A stretch of DNA of 62,994 bases, filler included, from Octopus bimaculoides (GCF_001194135.2; 6 parts of 6 records of this genome joined end to end with filler, not necessarily neighbours in it), one strand, 5' to 3'. Counted from the first letter of the whole stretch, positions 1 to 13,100 are shown. Translations and numbers: made by a program. Notes: generated by a model not told the origin, from the letters alone.

Positions 1-960
1 CACAGATATTCATCCTTATATATATGTATATATGAACACACACAGGTGCGAACATTCACATACATATGTGTGTGTGTGTGTGTACATACATTTGTTAATG
101 CATACATCTTTCAGTCTCTCTCTCTATGTGTGTGTTTGTGTCTGCCTGTCTGTTTCTGTCTGTGTGCACAAATACACATAACAAATTTTCTCTTTCAAAT
201 GTACACACATACACACACATAAACACACACNNNNNNNNNNNNNNNNNNNNNNNNNNNNNNNNNNNNNNNNNNNNNNNNNNNNNNNNNNNNNNNNNNNNNN
301 NNNNNNNNNNNNNNNNNNNNNNNNNNNNNNNNNNNNNNNNNNNNNNNNNNNNNNNNNNNNNNNNNNNNNNNNNNNNNNNNNNNNNNNNNNNNNNNNNNNN
401 NNNNNNNNNNNNNNNNNNNNNNNNNNNNNNNNNNNNNNNNNNNNNNNNNNNNNNNNNNNNNNNNNNNNNNNNNNNNNNNNNNNNNNNNNNNNNNNNNNNN
501 NNNNNNNNNNNNNNNNNNNNNNNNNNNNNNNNNNNNNNNNNNNNNNNNNNNNNNNNNNNNNNNNNNNNNNNNNNNNNNNNNNNNNNNNNNNNNNNNNNNN
601 NNNNNNNNNNNNNNNNNNNNNNNNNNNNNNNNNNNNNNNNNNNNNNNNNNNNNNNNNNNNNNNNNNNNNNNNNNNNNNNNNNNNNNNNNNNNNNNNNNNN
701 NNNNNNNNNNNNNNNNNNNNNNNNNNNNNNNNNNNNNNNNNNNNNNNNNNNNNNNNNNNNNNNNNNNNNNNNNNNNNNNNNNNNNNNNNNNNNNNNNNNN
801 NNNNNNNNNNNNNNNNNNNNNNNNNNNNNNNNNNNNNNNNNNNNNNNNNNNNNNNNNNNNNNNNNNNNNNNNNNNNNNNNNNNNNNNNNNNNNNNNNNNN
901 NNNNNNNNNNNNNNNNNNNNNNNNNNNNNNNNNNNNNNNNNNNNNNNNNNNNNNNNNNNN

Positions 961-1296
961 GCTACGTTCTGAGTTCAAATTCCGCTGAGGTCGACTTTGC
1001 CTTTCATCCTTTCAGGGTCGATAAATTAAGTTACAGTTACGCACTGAGGTCGATGTAATCGACTTAATCCCTTTGTCTGTCCTTGTTTGTCCTCTCTATG
1101 TCAAGCCCCTTGTGGGCAGGCAATAAAGAAATAAGAAACGTTAGCATGCCGTTCTGAGTTCAAATTCCACCGAGGTCGACTTTGCGAGTCATCCTTTCGG
1201 AGTCGATAAATTAAGTACCAGTTGCGTACTGGGGTCGATCTAGTCGACTGGCCTCGTCCCCCAAAATTTCAGGCTTGGTGCCTAGATCAGAAAAGA
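961..1296 (+). mobile_element. Two tandem copies of SINE family A (tRNA-derived; first copy 5'-truncated by a gap)
   Basis: B-box-like GAGTTCAAATTCC, body GAGGTCGACTTTGCC..GTCGATAAATTAAGTACCAG..CTGGGGTCGAT, tail CAATAAAGAAATAAGAA. The same motif chain recurs about 24 times in the window. Confidence 0.9.
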
Positions 1297-1350
1297 ATGT
1301 ATGTATATCTGTCTGTCTGTCTCTATGTATGTATGTATGTATGTATGTAT

Positions 1351-1475
1351 GCCATTGTTCAGTTTTATTTCAAGATTTTTTGCCAGTAGAGAAAGATCCT
1401 AGATCCAGAAGGAAGAACTTGGATCCAAGGTACCTTCATTGGAACTTCAACATCAACAACAGGGTATTTTTGTTT
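1351..1475. repeat. Dispersed ~120-bp repeat (family E), copy 1
   Basis: Aligns with 10226-10339: TTCAGTTT(T)ATTTCAAGATTT..CCAGTAGAGAAAGA..CAACAGGGT. Confidence 0.75.
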
Positions 1476-1705
1476 GTTTGTTTGTATGTATGTATGTATG
1501 TATGTATGCATAAAATGCTGGTTTGTATGCATGCATTTAAGTATGTATGTATATATATATATAAAGATAGATAGATTGATAAAACTTACTTTGAAGAGGT
1601 TGCGTGGCGTTCACTCATACAATAATATAAATAATATATATGTATATATGCATTTATACATACGCATATATACATACATCTATACGTATATATATATATA
1701 TATAT

Positions 1706-1960
1706 ATGCATATGTGGGCACAGGACGTCACGTAACGTGTACAACAAAAAGATACGAAGTACGAGTGCATGGAATATGAACTATTTTTTCGTGCAACGAA
1801 AGACACAAATGGAAAACAAGACTGTTGGCTGTTCTTCTACTCTCGTATTTCGAGCATTTAACAATATACGCTTTCTATAAAACAGTTGCTCCCGCAAAGG
1901 GAATCTGAGTGTAACAATTTTTTGTGTGTTTTTGTGGCTTTAATAAAAAGAAAAAGTATG
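1706..1960 (-). mobile_element. Interspersed repeat family H (unclassified, possibly a Penelope-like 3' end)
   Basis: Its reverse complement matches 58730-58872 (ACAGCC..CTTGTTTTCCATTT..TCTTTCGTTG..GTGACGTCCTGT[G/A]CCC). The Penelope assignment is inference only. Confidence 0.6.
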
Positions 1961-2166
1961 CATAAGCTTTAGTCGGTCCGAGTTTGCAATAAAAGACATT
2001 TACCGAAGGTGCCACACAATGAGACCGAAACCNNNNNNNNNNNNNNNNNNNNNNNNNNNNNNNNNNNNNNNNNNNNTTAATTAATTAANNNNNNNNNNNN
2101 NNNNNNNNNNNNNNNNNNNNNNNNNNNNNNNNTATATATATATATATATAAACTCACACACTCACT

Positions 2167-2208
<42 letters not shown>

Positions 2209-3017
2209 CACACACACAGTTGAGAGATATGTACGTGTATACACATATCTGCCTCAGCAAGGCATGGTGTAAAACAGGGTGTCATGTTACATCTGCCACT
2301 TTCCACTTTCTTGTAGATCAAGTGTTAAGTTAGACAATTGTTCTGTTAACAAATGGAAGTTGATATATCCGGTTGGGTACAAGGGGGAATGAAATGAAAA
2401 CACCAGTTACTAACAAGCCACCTTGGTTTTTTAACCAGAACCCCGCAACACACAACAAGTGAGATTTAATAACCGCTATTCATTCAGTTTCGGTGCACTG
2501 CTAAGCAAGTTCGTATCTCGCTAGAGCCGGATTTACCCCCTCATCTTTTCAAAGGCCACTGAATATGTACCAGTTATCTACTGAGGTAGAGTCCATTGAA
2601 TAGCCGTATTCCAAGCAAACGCGTGTGGCCTTGTGCCAATCTATGTAGTCATCCTTCAGTAGGTTTACTCTATCGCTTTAACAGGTATTATATTATATAG
2701 TGTGGGAGTAAGTTGTGTTTCCAGATTTTTGCCAGAATTTATAGCTTTATATAGGTTTGCGGCATGGGTGTTGGCACTATTAGAGAATTTGCTGATTGGC
2801 TGTCAGGGTGAAACATCTAATTGAATTTGTGGTATGGGCGTGTTTTCAGTAGGTGGAGTTATTTAGGCTTGTCTCGTTGACTCCCACAAAAATACTTGTG
2901 CACAAACACACATACATACACACACATGTTGGCTCTACTTTCGTTTTAGTGTATATAAGCGTGAGTATTTTTTCTGTTTATCTATCTATCTATGTATCTA
3001 TGTATCTATCTATCTAC

Positions 3018-3060
<43 letters not shown>

Positions 3061-4189
3061 CTTATCTATCTATCTATTTACTTATCTATCTGTCTATCTA
3101 TCTATCTATCTGTCTATCTATTTATCTATCTATCTCTCTCTCTCTCTATATATATATATATACACATATATATGCATATATATATATACCACTCTNNNNN
3201 NNNNNNNNNNNNNNNNNNNNNNNNNNNNNNNNNNNNNNNNNNNNNNNNNNNNNNNNNNNNNNNNNNNNNNNNNNNNNNNNNNNNNNNNNNNNNNNNNNNN
3301 NNNNNNNNNNNNNNNNNNNNNNNNNNNNNNNNNNNNNNNNNNNNNNNNNNNNNNNNNNNNNNNNNNNNNNNNNNNNNNNNNNNNNNNNNNNNNNNNNNNN
3401 NNNNNNNNNNNNNNNNNNNNNNNNNNNNNNNNNNNNNNNNNNNNNNNNNNNNNNNNNNNNNNNNNNNNNNNNNNNNNNNNNNNNNNNNNNNNNNNNNNNN
3501 NNNNNNNNNNNNNNNNNNNNNNNNNNNNNNNNNNNNNNNNNNNNNNNNNNNNNNNNNNNNNNNNNNNNNNNNNNNNNNNNNNNNNNNNNNNNNNNNNNNN
3601 NNNNNNNNNNNNNNNNNNNNNNNNNNNNNNNNNNNNNNNNNNNNNNNNNNNNNNNNNNNNNNNNNNNNNNNNNNNNNNNNNNNNNNNNNNNNNNNNNNNN
3701 NNNNNNNNNNNNNNNNNNNNNNNNNNNNNNNNNNNNNNNNNNNNNNNNNNNNNNNNNNNNNNNNNNNNNNNNNNNNNNNNNNNNNNNNNNNNNNNNNNNN
3801 NNNNNNNNNNNNNNNNNNNNNNNNNNNNNNNNNNNNNNNNNNNNNNNNNNNNNNNNNNNNNNNNNNNNNNNNNNNNNNNNNNNNNNNNNNNNNNNNNNNN
3901 NNNNNNNNNNNNNNNNNNNNNNNNNNNNNNNNNNNNNNNNNNNNNNNNNNNNNNNNNNNNNNNNNNNNNNNNNNNNNNNNNNNNNNNNNNNNNNNNNNNN
4001 NNNNNNNNNNNNNNNNNNNNNNNNNNNNNNNNNNNNNNNNNNNNNNNNNNNNNNNNNNNNNNNNNNNNNNNNNNNNNNNNNNNNNNNNNNNNNNNNNNNN
4101 NNNNNNNNNNNNNNNNNNNNNNNNNNNNNNNNNNNNNNNNNNNNNNNNNNNNNNNNNNNNNNNNNNNNNNNNNNNNCACAGACACACAA

Positions 4190-4238
<49 letters not shown>

Positions 4239-4264
4239 TACACATATATATATATACATATATA

Positions 4265-4427
4265 CGGCGGGCTTCTTTCAGTTTCCGTCTACCAAATCCA
4301 CTCACAAGGCTTTGGTCGGCCCAAGGCTATAGTAGAAGACACATGCCCAAGGTGCTACGCAATGGGACTGAATCCGGAACCATGTGGTTCGTAGGCAAGC
4401 TACTTACCACACAGCCACTCCTATGCT
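4265..4427 (-). mobile_element. SINE family B (tRNA head plus CORE-like GGCACCTTGGGCAAGTGTCTT segment)
   Basis: Reverse complement has A-box TGGCTGTGTGG and B-box GGATTCAGTCCC. Further copies at 1965-2032(-), 4893-5032(-), 14925-15062(-), 38075-38215(+), 43158-43310(-), 48188-48250(+), 57691-57843(-). Confidence 0.9.
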
Positions 4428-4618
4428 TATATATATATATTCTTTTATAGATGTGTGTGTGTGTGTTTGTGTTTTTGTTTGTATCCCACCACCGGTTGAC
4501 AACCGATGCTGGTGCGTTTATGTCCTCGTAACTACACAGACACATATGTGATGTGCGTGTGTGTGTGTTTGTGTGCGCGTGTATGCGTGTGCGTGCATGC
4601 GCACGTGTGTCGTAGTTT

Positions 4619-4808
4619 CGTTAGCACACGGGGTAAAATTCCTAGCGGCATTTCGTCCGTCTTTACGTTCTGAGTTCAAATTCCGCCGAGGTTGACTTTG
4701 CCTCGTATCCCTTTCCGAGTCGATAAAATAAGTACCAGTTGATCATTGGGGTCGATGTAACCGACTTCTCCACTTCCCCGAAACTGCTGGCTTTGTGCCA
4801 AAATGTGA
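4619..4808 (+). mobile_element. SINE family A
   Basis: TTAGCAC..GCATTTCGTCCGTCTTTACGTTCTGAGTTCAAATTCCGCCGAGG..TAAGTACCAGTTG..GGGGTCGATGTAA. Confidence 0.9.
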
Positions 4809-5525
4809 CACCAATATTTTCTTGGCGGTGCCCTCTGCCCTCACACCGAGACAGCCTTTGAAATGAAACGCATAAAAGAACAAATATACGACAGGTTTCT
4901 TTCAGTTTCCCTCTACTAAATCTACTCACAAGACTTTGCCTGGCTTGAAGCTATAATAGAAGACAACTACTCATGGTTCTACGCAGTGGGATTCAACCCA
5001 GAACTTCTTACCACACAGCCACGCCTGCGCCTATGTGCATCTTGTGTATGATTATATGCGTGTCTGCAGCCGCATGAAGTATAGTTCTGTCATTGTTACA
5101 AATTGGTTTCTTAATGGCTTGTTTGCAATTTCTGATTCACAATCATTTGGCGATGCTTGAGAATATCATTTTGTTTTAAATTGTATTAAGTGAAATTTTC
5201 TTTTCTCAATTTAACACTTATTCCATTTAACATTAAGGTAATGGTAACAGTAGTAGGAGTAGTAGCTGTAGTTGTTGTTGTCGTTGTTGTTGCTATTGTT
5301 GTTGGTGGCGGTGTTGTAGTTGATTATTTCCCTTCATTTTGTTTACTCTTGTTTTGGTCTCACTATTTCTCGGTGTGCTGTGTTTGTGACCAACTATGAG
5401 TTGAGTACCACGGTAGATATAAATTTAGCGTTAGAAATAAAAATGGAATTATAGAATTTTATGCTTGAGATGTAAATCAACAGTTTGAAATATTTATGAA
5501 GAATGTAATCGTGTGAATTTTAAAA

Positions 5526-5588
5526 CTACAGCACCAATGCCGTAAGTCCATTGAAGTCTGATTTATATTTTGGTGGTGTTGGTTTTGT
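5526..5588 (-). CDS. Candidate terminal coding exon (TKPTPPKYKSDFNGLTALVL*)
   Basis: Acceptor CACCTTCTTCCAG, phase-0 open frame to TAG, non-repetitive. No homology recognised. Confidence 0.2.
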   Translation of the reverse strand, partial: TKPTPPKYKSDFNGLTALVL

Positions 5589-5689
5589 CTGGAAGAAGGT
5601 GTTGAATAAACTGGACTTCTCAGGTACAGAGAGATTGAGTGACAAAGTAAGAAGGTAATGCAGTGTATGCGTATGTATGAAAAAGAGAT

Positions 5690-5840
5690 ATGGGAAGAGA
5701 TAGACACAGAGAGAGTGTGGTGTATGCAAAGAGAGAGATGTAGACAGTGAGAGAGAGAGAGAGGTGTGGACAAAGACAGAGAGATGTGGACAGTGAGAGA
5801 GAGTGAGAGAGAGAGGTGTAGGCAAAGACAGATAGATGTC

Positions 5841-5883
<43 letters not shown>

Positions 5884-5965
5884 TGTGTGTGTGTAGTTGT
5901 GTGCGTGTGTATGTGAGAGAGTGAGATAGACAAGGAGAGAGTGAGATAGACAAAGAGAGAGCGTG
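5690..5965. repeat. Degenerate (AG)n/(TG)n microsatellite with GACAGTGAGA-type subrepeats
   Basis: Direct inspection. Confidence 0.9.
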
Positions 5966-6685
5966 TTTGCGTATTCGTGTATGTTATACTGTGTATGAGA
6001 GAATGAGAGGAGAAAAGTGTTAGTTTGTGCTTCGTGAAATGATGAAATTCTCTATATTAAATAATGTAAGGAAAGTTTCGGTGATAATAGTTCAATGTAT
6101 ATTAACGGTGAATATAAGAATGATATAATCAGTTTTAAAATTTAAACCAATTATTCATATGAAACATGCTTTCCTCCTTCACCTTTTACTCTTTCACACT
6201 CCTATCTAATAAACACTTCATTTTCCTGGTGTGATGAACTATCAATAAACCCGTTGAACATTTTTTTAAAACTTAAACTCCTTTTCTAAATATTAATTTC
6301 TCTTTTGCGACATTTTATATTCAAGTGTAACTTGTTTCATATTTAATAACATATACTCAGAAACCAAGATTAAGGCAGGGTGGAGTAGCCTAAAGTTTCT
6401 ATGTTTAGTACTGAGCAATGTCAAAGAGTCTGGTACAGTACCACAATGCTTATTGTGATGACACACAACTACATCATATAACTCATGTTCCCAGGTTATT
6501 GCCACTGATATTCCAGTGACTGAGCATTGTTTTAGTCTTGTATTCCACATTATGACTCCTTGAAAGAATAATTGTCTAACGCTAAAATAGGTTACTCAGT
6601 CTGTAAACAAGAAACCGGAACTTGTAAGGAAGTCAGAGACAAGTTCTTTGGTGGCTTATCTTCGTGAAGTTTGCAATTATGGTTT

Positions 6686-6886
6686 CAAATTTTGGCACAA
6701 GATCAGCAAGGTCAGGAGTAAGTTGATTTGATCGACCGCAGTGTTTAGCTGGTACTGATTTTATCAAGCCGGAAAGGGATGAAAAGCAAAATCGACCTCG
6801 GCGGAATTTGAACTCAGAAAGTAAATACGGTGAGATGTTACTGAGCATTGTGTCCAGGGTATTAATGATTCTGCCAGCTCGCCGCC
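6686..6886 (-). mobile_element. SINE family A
   Basis: AAAATCGACCTCGGCGGAATTTGAACTCAGAA..GATTCTGCCAGCTCGCCGCC is the reverse complement of the family A head and body. Confidence 0.9.
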
Positions 6887-7510
6887 ATACATGAAGTTTA
6901 TAATTGTCAAAGGTATAATATTGAATATACGCAGACTTGAAACAAAGTCACTACAATTTGCTTGAAATATTATACTGTTGATGCTAATTCAAATCAACAT
7001 CTGTTGGTGCAATGATGTATATGAGAGTTGCAAATGACTCTAATTTAGAGGCGGTGTTGGTACAGTCCATTGCGGTTCTCTAATAAAAACCTCTGCGGTG
7101 AGTAAATTAAAAGCGTTGCTGTCAAAAACTTAATTATACATATGGGCATCAATAATTCTGCACAAGAGACAGGTGTTTATGGCAATTTAGGAATCGCCGT
7201 AAACTTTGTAAAATAAACTATCCACGATAAATCAATCAGCACCAACGGAGGAAGTTCATTGAGGAAGATATTAAATGGCTTCTAATTTCCGAAGGGTACA
7301 AGGGACATAGAACTGGATTGTATTGACAGTCGTTCCCTGAAATAATCAAGCCTTTAAAATTCTATTACATTTTCTCCGCCATGTTGATGCATAAACATAG
7401 ATGGAATGCAGCCTTTACTATCAAAGGTGATATAGATATTCGCAAATTTACGAGTTTTCTATGACATACAACTCAAACTACCAGCAGTGACAGCAAAAGA
7501 AAAAAAAAAG

Positions 7511-8281
7511 TGTATGGAGAATTGTACATCCACAAAATTTATTTTATAGTTTTATACAGCATATTATAATGACCTACACGTATCTCTGCTGCAGCGACTA
7601 TTAACTGTTACAAATGCAACATTGCAATATTGTCGGTGCAGCTTCCTGGTCATCATCGAAGAGAACTTATTGAAATAAACTTTTGCTAGGTAGGACCTTT
7701 AAGAGATATAGGGATGATTCTAGATAGCCAACGCCCCAGCAACAATCAAACCTGATATGACAAATAGAATAACATAACCTAAGCATAAAAGCATTTAATA
7801 ACAATCAATATTAAAAACAAAACAAATACTCTACCCAATGTATAACACAAATCATGAGTAGCCCATTTAAAAAGTGATTATAAACAAACATGAACTCCTC
7901 AATACAAGTATTACATTCGAAATCAAAACCATAACACACACAACTGTTAAAAGTAACAAAGAGCCTTACAAAATCAATAATCTCGACTTCGATCTATTGT
8001 AAGACGAAGCCTTAGCTTCGGACAGCAACTGGAGTGAAGTTGAGATCAGCAGCACATGCCTATAAATAACAACACGCCCATCTCCCACAGAGCACCAACT
8101 AACAAAAATTTACTTCAATCAGTTCACCTCGAGGATAACCAAAATGGACAGACCCAGATTAAGCTGCACCGACGATATTGCAACGGTGAGTAGTCGCTTC
8201 AGCGGAAACATGTGTAGGTCATTTGCAATATGCTGTATATAACTATGAAATAAATTTTGTGGATGTACAAGTCTCCATACA
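7511..8281. mobile_element. 770-bp element bounded by ~175-bp imperfect terminal inverted repeats
   Basis: 7511-7685 (TGTATGGAGAATTGTACATCCACAAAATTTATTT..) is the reverse complement of ~8101-8281 (..AAATAAATTTTGTGGATGTACAAGTCTCCATACA). Confidence 0.85.
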
Positions 8282-8554
8282 TCTTATTATTTTAAATATT
8301 AATATATACTCCAGACAAGTCTTACCGTCCAGCGAAGAGTGCACGGAATTACTCATCCGAAGAATTCACAGTGACTAACAAGTAATTGTAAACACAGACA
8401 TTAGATACAGATTGCTGTGACCAGCCGCTAACTGGAACTNNNNNNNNNNNNNNNNNNNNNNNNNNNNNNNNNNNNNNNNNNNNNNNNNNNNNNNNNNNNN
8501 NNNNNNNNNNNNNNNNNNNNNNNNNNNNNNNNNNNNNNNNNNNNNNNNNNNNNN

Positions 8555-8605
<51 letters not shown>

Positions 8606-10225
8606 AATTTAATCAAAAGATTAAATGTGGTACTTAAAATGTTTGAGGCACCAGAATTTGGTAGGATAAAAACCAAAAACAAAATCAAGAGATCTGGTGA
8701 ATAAAATTTGAAGTTAAGCAACAAAAATTCAATAGGTTATAGCAGTACGTACTTTATGCAGCTGAGGAGTACATTTTCATTGTATTTTCTGTAGTGTTCG
8801 CACTACATGAATAAATGGAACTTGTACGAAACGTACGTACTGCTATAACCTATTGAATTTTTGTTCCTTAACTTCATATATATATATATACCACACATAT
8901 GTACATAAATATATACCATTATATATAGACTTAAGTGTATACAACCTCTGGGTGCGTTTATTTCTGCGAATATCATTCCGGAATATGGATGAAAAAACTA
9001 AACTAATATCGCTGATTCCTCTAGAATGCAAAGATATATTTAGGATAAATTGAAAGTTTGCAGAAAATATAGAGTACCATTTGAAATTTGGCCAATACTT
9101 TCATAATCTTCTTTTTCAGAAATAATAACCGGAGAATCAATAAATGGCGTCCCTTAATTTGTTAAATACCTAAATTATTAATTATTCAACTGTTCGGATA
9201 ATTAATCCACTAAAATAGATCATCATTCTCTCACTATTCTTCTACATTACCATTCACTTGAGCTCATATGCAGCAACATTTATAAATAGAAATCCAGCTT
9301 GCCAATTTATACGTTGTTTACTCGCAAGACTATCAATTTCTTTGTAGTTTTTTTTTAACCCTCCATAGAAATTTTTGCAGCTTTTAATGGCGTCCAATGA
9401 TAAATTGTAAATCTCTATTGTCAGTCATAACCACTAAACCCCGCACCTTGACTGCCCGACTGTTTGTAAATTTTTGCCAAGAGCAGAGCAGTGATATCAA
9501 AGTTGTTTTAATGAGATTCAGTTTCTCTAACTGCAATCCAGCAGCCAGCTAGTTAGGAGATCAATGGAGTAAAGTAATGAAGACGTTCAGTAATTGGTGT
9601 CTTGTTTGTTGTCCTGGCAAGCGCATATGATTCTCCAGGAATACAGCAACAAAGAAACAGCACTGCATAGAAGAAGATGATTGATAAAGAGCATGTGTGA
9701 GAGACAGAAAGTACGGTGGAATGATATGGAGAAATAAAGAGAATGAAAATATTAATGAGAAATACGATGGAGAGTGATAGTAAAGGGAATCAACTGTGTA
9801 CGAAGGCTACTACTGCAAGTGTATTTGAGAAAAAAAAAAGAATGAAAATTACACATGTGAGTCAGATGCAATCTTCTTTTCGTTTCCGTTATGAAAATAT
9901 TTTTTTCTTTCTCGATATCTAGAAGTATCAGGTTTTTCAGTTTAAATAAATAAATCATTGCAAAATGACGCAAACAACGAAATGCAAATTAGAAAAAAGA
10001 AATAAATGAAACTATACCAATGAAACTTCTATTTCTTTATGCCTCATTATGTCTCAGCCAATTCTCAATCAAATTGCATTTCATCAACAAAAGTGTGAGC
10101 GTGCAAATGTATGATTTTCGACAGATTTTCGAGTCATTGCTAGCTTCAATTGGCCAATCATCGTAAGTTCGCTTCGTAAGTCTGCACACAGGGATATATA
10201 AAATTACGTAACAGACGCTATGCAT

Positions 10226-10339
10226 GCTATTATTCAGTTTATTTCAAGATTTCTTACCAGTAGAGAAAGAGCCGGTTTCTAATCTAGATCCACATCTCAT
10301 TGTTTGGAATTTTAAACAACACCAACAGGGTTTTTTGTG
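10226..10339. repeat. Dispersed repeat family E, copy 2
   Basis: Aligns with 1351-1475. Confidence 0.75.
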
Positions 10340-10763
10340 CATGTTTGTGTGTAAGGCACTTAGATTGATTGTTATAAAACCAATCACACGATCAAGTTTC
10401 TGACCCCTAGGCATACTTTTTATACTCCCTTTTTCTACTGCTACTATAGTGACCTTTGTTCTTCAGAGTATGTTTGTGCTATGCCATCACCAAACTTGTC
10501 TCTCTGTCTTTCATCATCCATTCTATGCTCGCTCTCATCAGACCCCACATTATAACAGACCTAGTGGTTCCTTTCCAGAATGTTGTCTCTTTGGAATATC
10601 CCCCCTTCTCAGGTCTTTCTTGATCGAATTGTAAAATGGTGTCGACTTGTAAAATGCACCTTAGCGACACCAATCTCACCGATGCTGGAAGGCTTGTAAA
10701 GGTAAATGGCGCTGCAACTCCTCTTTCTCTGGACTTAGTAAGCAATGAAAAAGTGTACATGAA

Positions 10764-11390
10764 AGTACAGGCGTAACTGTTTGGGGGGGGGGGAATTTTC
10801 TTTCCAGCCTCATGGTTTCCGGTTCAGTTGCACTGTGTGGTACCTTGTGCAAACTTCTTCCATTATAGCCTCGAACCGACCAAACCTTGCGAATGGGTTT
10901 GGTACACGGAAACTGAAAGAAGCTTTCTGTATGTGTATATTTGTATGTGAGTGCGCGCGTGTGCATTTATGTGTGTGTACGTAAAAATATATGTGTGTGT
11001 GTGTGTGTNNNNNNNNNNNNNNNNNNNNNNNNNNNNNNNNNNNNNNNNNNNNNNNNNNNNNNNNNNNNNNNNNNNNNNNNNNNNNNNNNNNNNNNNNNNN
11101 NNNNNNNNNNNNNNNNNNNNNNNNNNNNNNNNNNNNNNNNNNNNNNNNNNNNNNNNNNNNNNNNNNNNNNNNNNNNNNNNNNTATATATATATATATATG
11201 TCTGTGTTTGTGCTTGTGTCTGTGATTGTGTTTGTATTTGTCCTACTACCGCAAGACAACCTAGCGGTTTGGCAAAACGGACCGATAGAACAAGTACCAA
11301 ACTTAGAAATAAGTACTAGAAACATTTCAGAGTAGTGCCCCAGCATGGCCATAGTTCAAAGACTGAAACGAGCGAGAAATAAAAGATAAA
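10764..11390 (+). mobile_element. Composite SINE: family B head, internal (TG)/(TA) microsatellite (gap), then G tail
   Basis: The same order recurs at 47573-47968(-), 49300-49642(-) and 50812-51090(+). Tail ends CCCAGCATGGCC..GACTGAAAC..TAAAAGATAAAA. Confidence 0.75.
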
Positions 11391-13031
11391 ATATATGTGC
11401 GCATGTGTGTGTGTTAGTGAAAAACGTTATATTTTTAACATTTAAAGTTGAAGACAGTTGTATATTCACTCTCACTTTCACTTTCTCTAAAATCAAAGCT
11501 AGGTTTTTGATTCACAATTAATAAGCGAGAAAACTGAAGTGACGATATAAGTTATACATCTTCCAAGAAACATTTTTAACAGTTACTGCACTTAAGTATA
11601 ATTATAGGCAAAATTAGTGGTTAAAAACCATATTATTGATTTAGAAATACAAGTGTTGTTAATAATTGAAACAGTGCAGTTATTCTTTTGTAAATTTTTA
11701 GCAAAAGAATCGCTAAGTGAGTGTGATAGATCGTGCAATTGTTAGCGTAAAGTAGAAGAATATTGACAAAATAATTCATTTTATAAGCTATGCGCTTGGT
11801 AATCAAACATTTCTCTAGGCTCAAGTATATTTAATGATTAAAACATTAAAAAGTTAGAACTTATTTAGTCATGCAGTATTATTTTATTTGATGTGTATCC
11901 TATTATTTGTTTTAGATGTGCTATTGCAAAAAAAAAAAAGAAAAATTATTTCCCCTCGTTTTGCGCATCGTTAAGTTAATTATGCGCATTCCATTACTTG
12001 CATATTTATGGGTACTCACATGCAATGTGGGTAATAATTAGTCTTTGAAACTACACGGTTTCTGTTTCAATCTCCATGAGTGATACTTATTAACTTTTAG
12101 CCTGGGGTCAACCGTAAGCTTTTGAATGAAATTTGGCAGACACAAAATGGCCAGAAGCCCTTCGCTGGGTCCGTTTTTTGTTAGTGGTTGGAAGATTTAA
12201 TTCTTCCTTTGGTTTATAACTGGAGCAGGCAGTAGTAACAGATTGCTTATTTATTCTCGTAGAATAATTTAATTACTAGCGGGACCGGTGAATATTTCAC
12301 GGAATTAATGGTAAACCTATTGGATTATTTCTGAAAACTTTATGAAAAAAACCTGAAAGCTTACCCTGTGTTGTGTCTGAACGGAAAGAGAGTTGCTCAT
12401 CCGCTACTCATTGAAAAATTGAACAGTTTAAGGAACTGGAATACGATGATTACTTAATTCACTTTAAATGTACACTTTAAATACTTAATGCACAATTTTA
12501 TAGACATAATACAAAGCACTCATAAAATAAATATTCACTCTTACTTTTCCATTTTTCTCATCAACAAAAAGAAATATCCCGTACATATGATACAATCTTT
12601 AGTTAAATTGCATAGGTCTGCCACGTAAATAAGCGTGAATATTTCGCAGAATTGCACTTATGTGCATGCGTAATGTAATAGGTGATATAAAAACTTAGTT
12701 AAAGTTTTTAAAAAATACGCTTTCACTATCCAATCATCACCGCAATCTCCACCACCACAACCTCTGATTCAATGTTTATGTCTCTTTTGATGATTAATAT
12801 GCCCAATTATGGTAGTTGAGTTTTTCTGTTATTCCCTGGTGAAGTTGATAATGTTTATGCTGTTGATTAGGTTTTTGAAAACCATAAGTTGTTCAAATGT
12901 GTGCGTCCACAGGTAAGGTTTCCAGTTTTCTTATAGATATTTGAAGAAGCCCAAGCCATATCTTAATTTAGATTATTCATATATCTGGACCGCCGTGTAT
13001 GCTTTGACTAGTTTCGCCTAAGTCGGAGCAA

Positions 13032-13100
<69 letters not shown>

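Noticed and set aside
8175-8231. Hammerhead-like fold (ATATTGCAA/TTGCAATAT stem, CGC-TTCA-GCG, GAAAC, GTC)
   Set aside because: CUGANGA is broken (GTGAGTA) and the spacing is off by 2 nt. At most a decayed relic.
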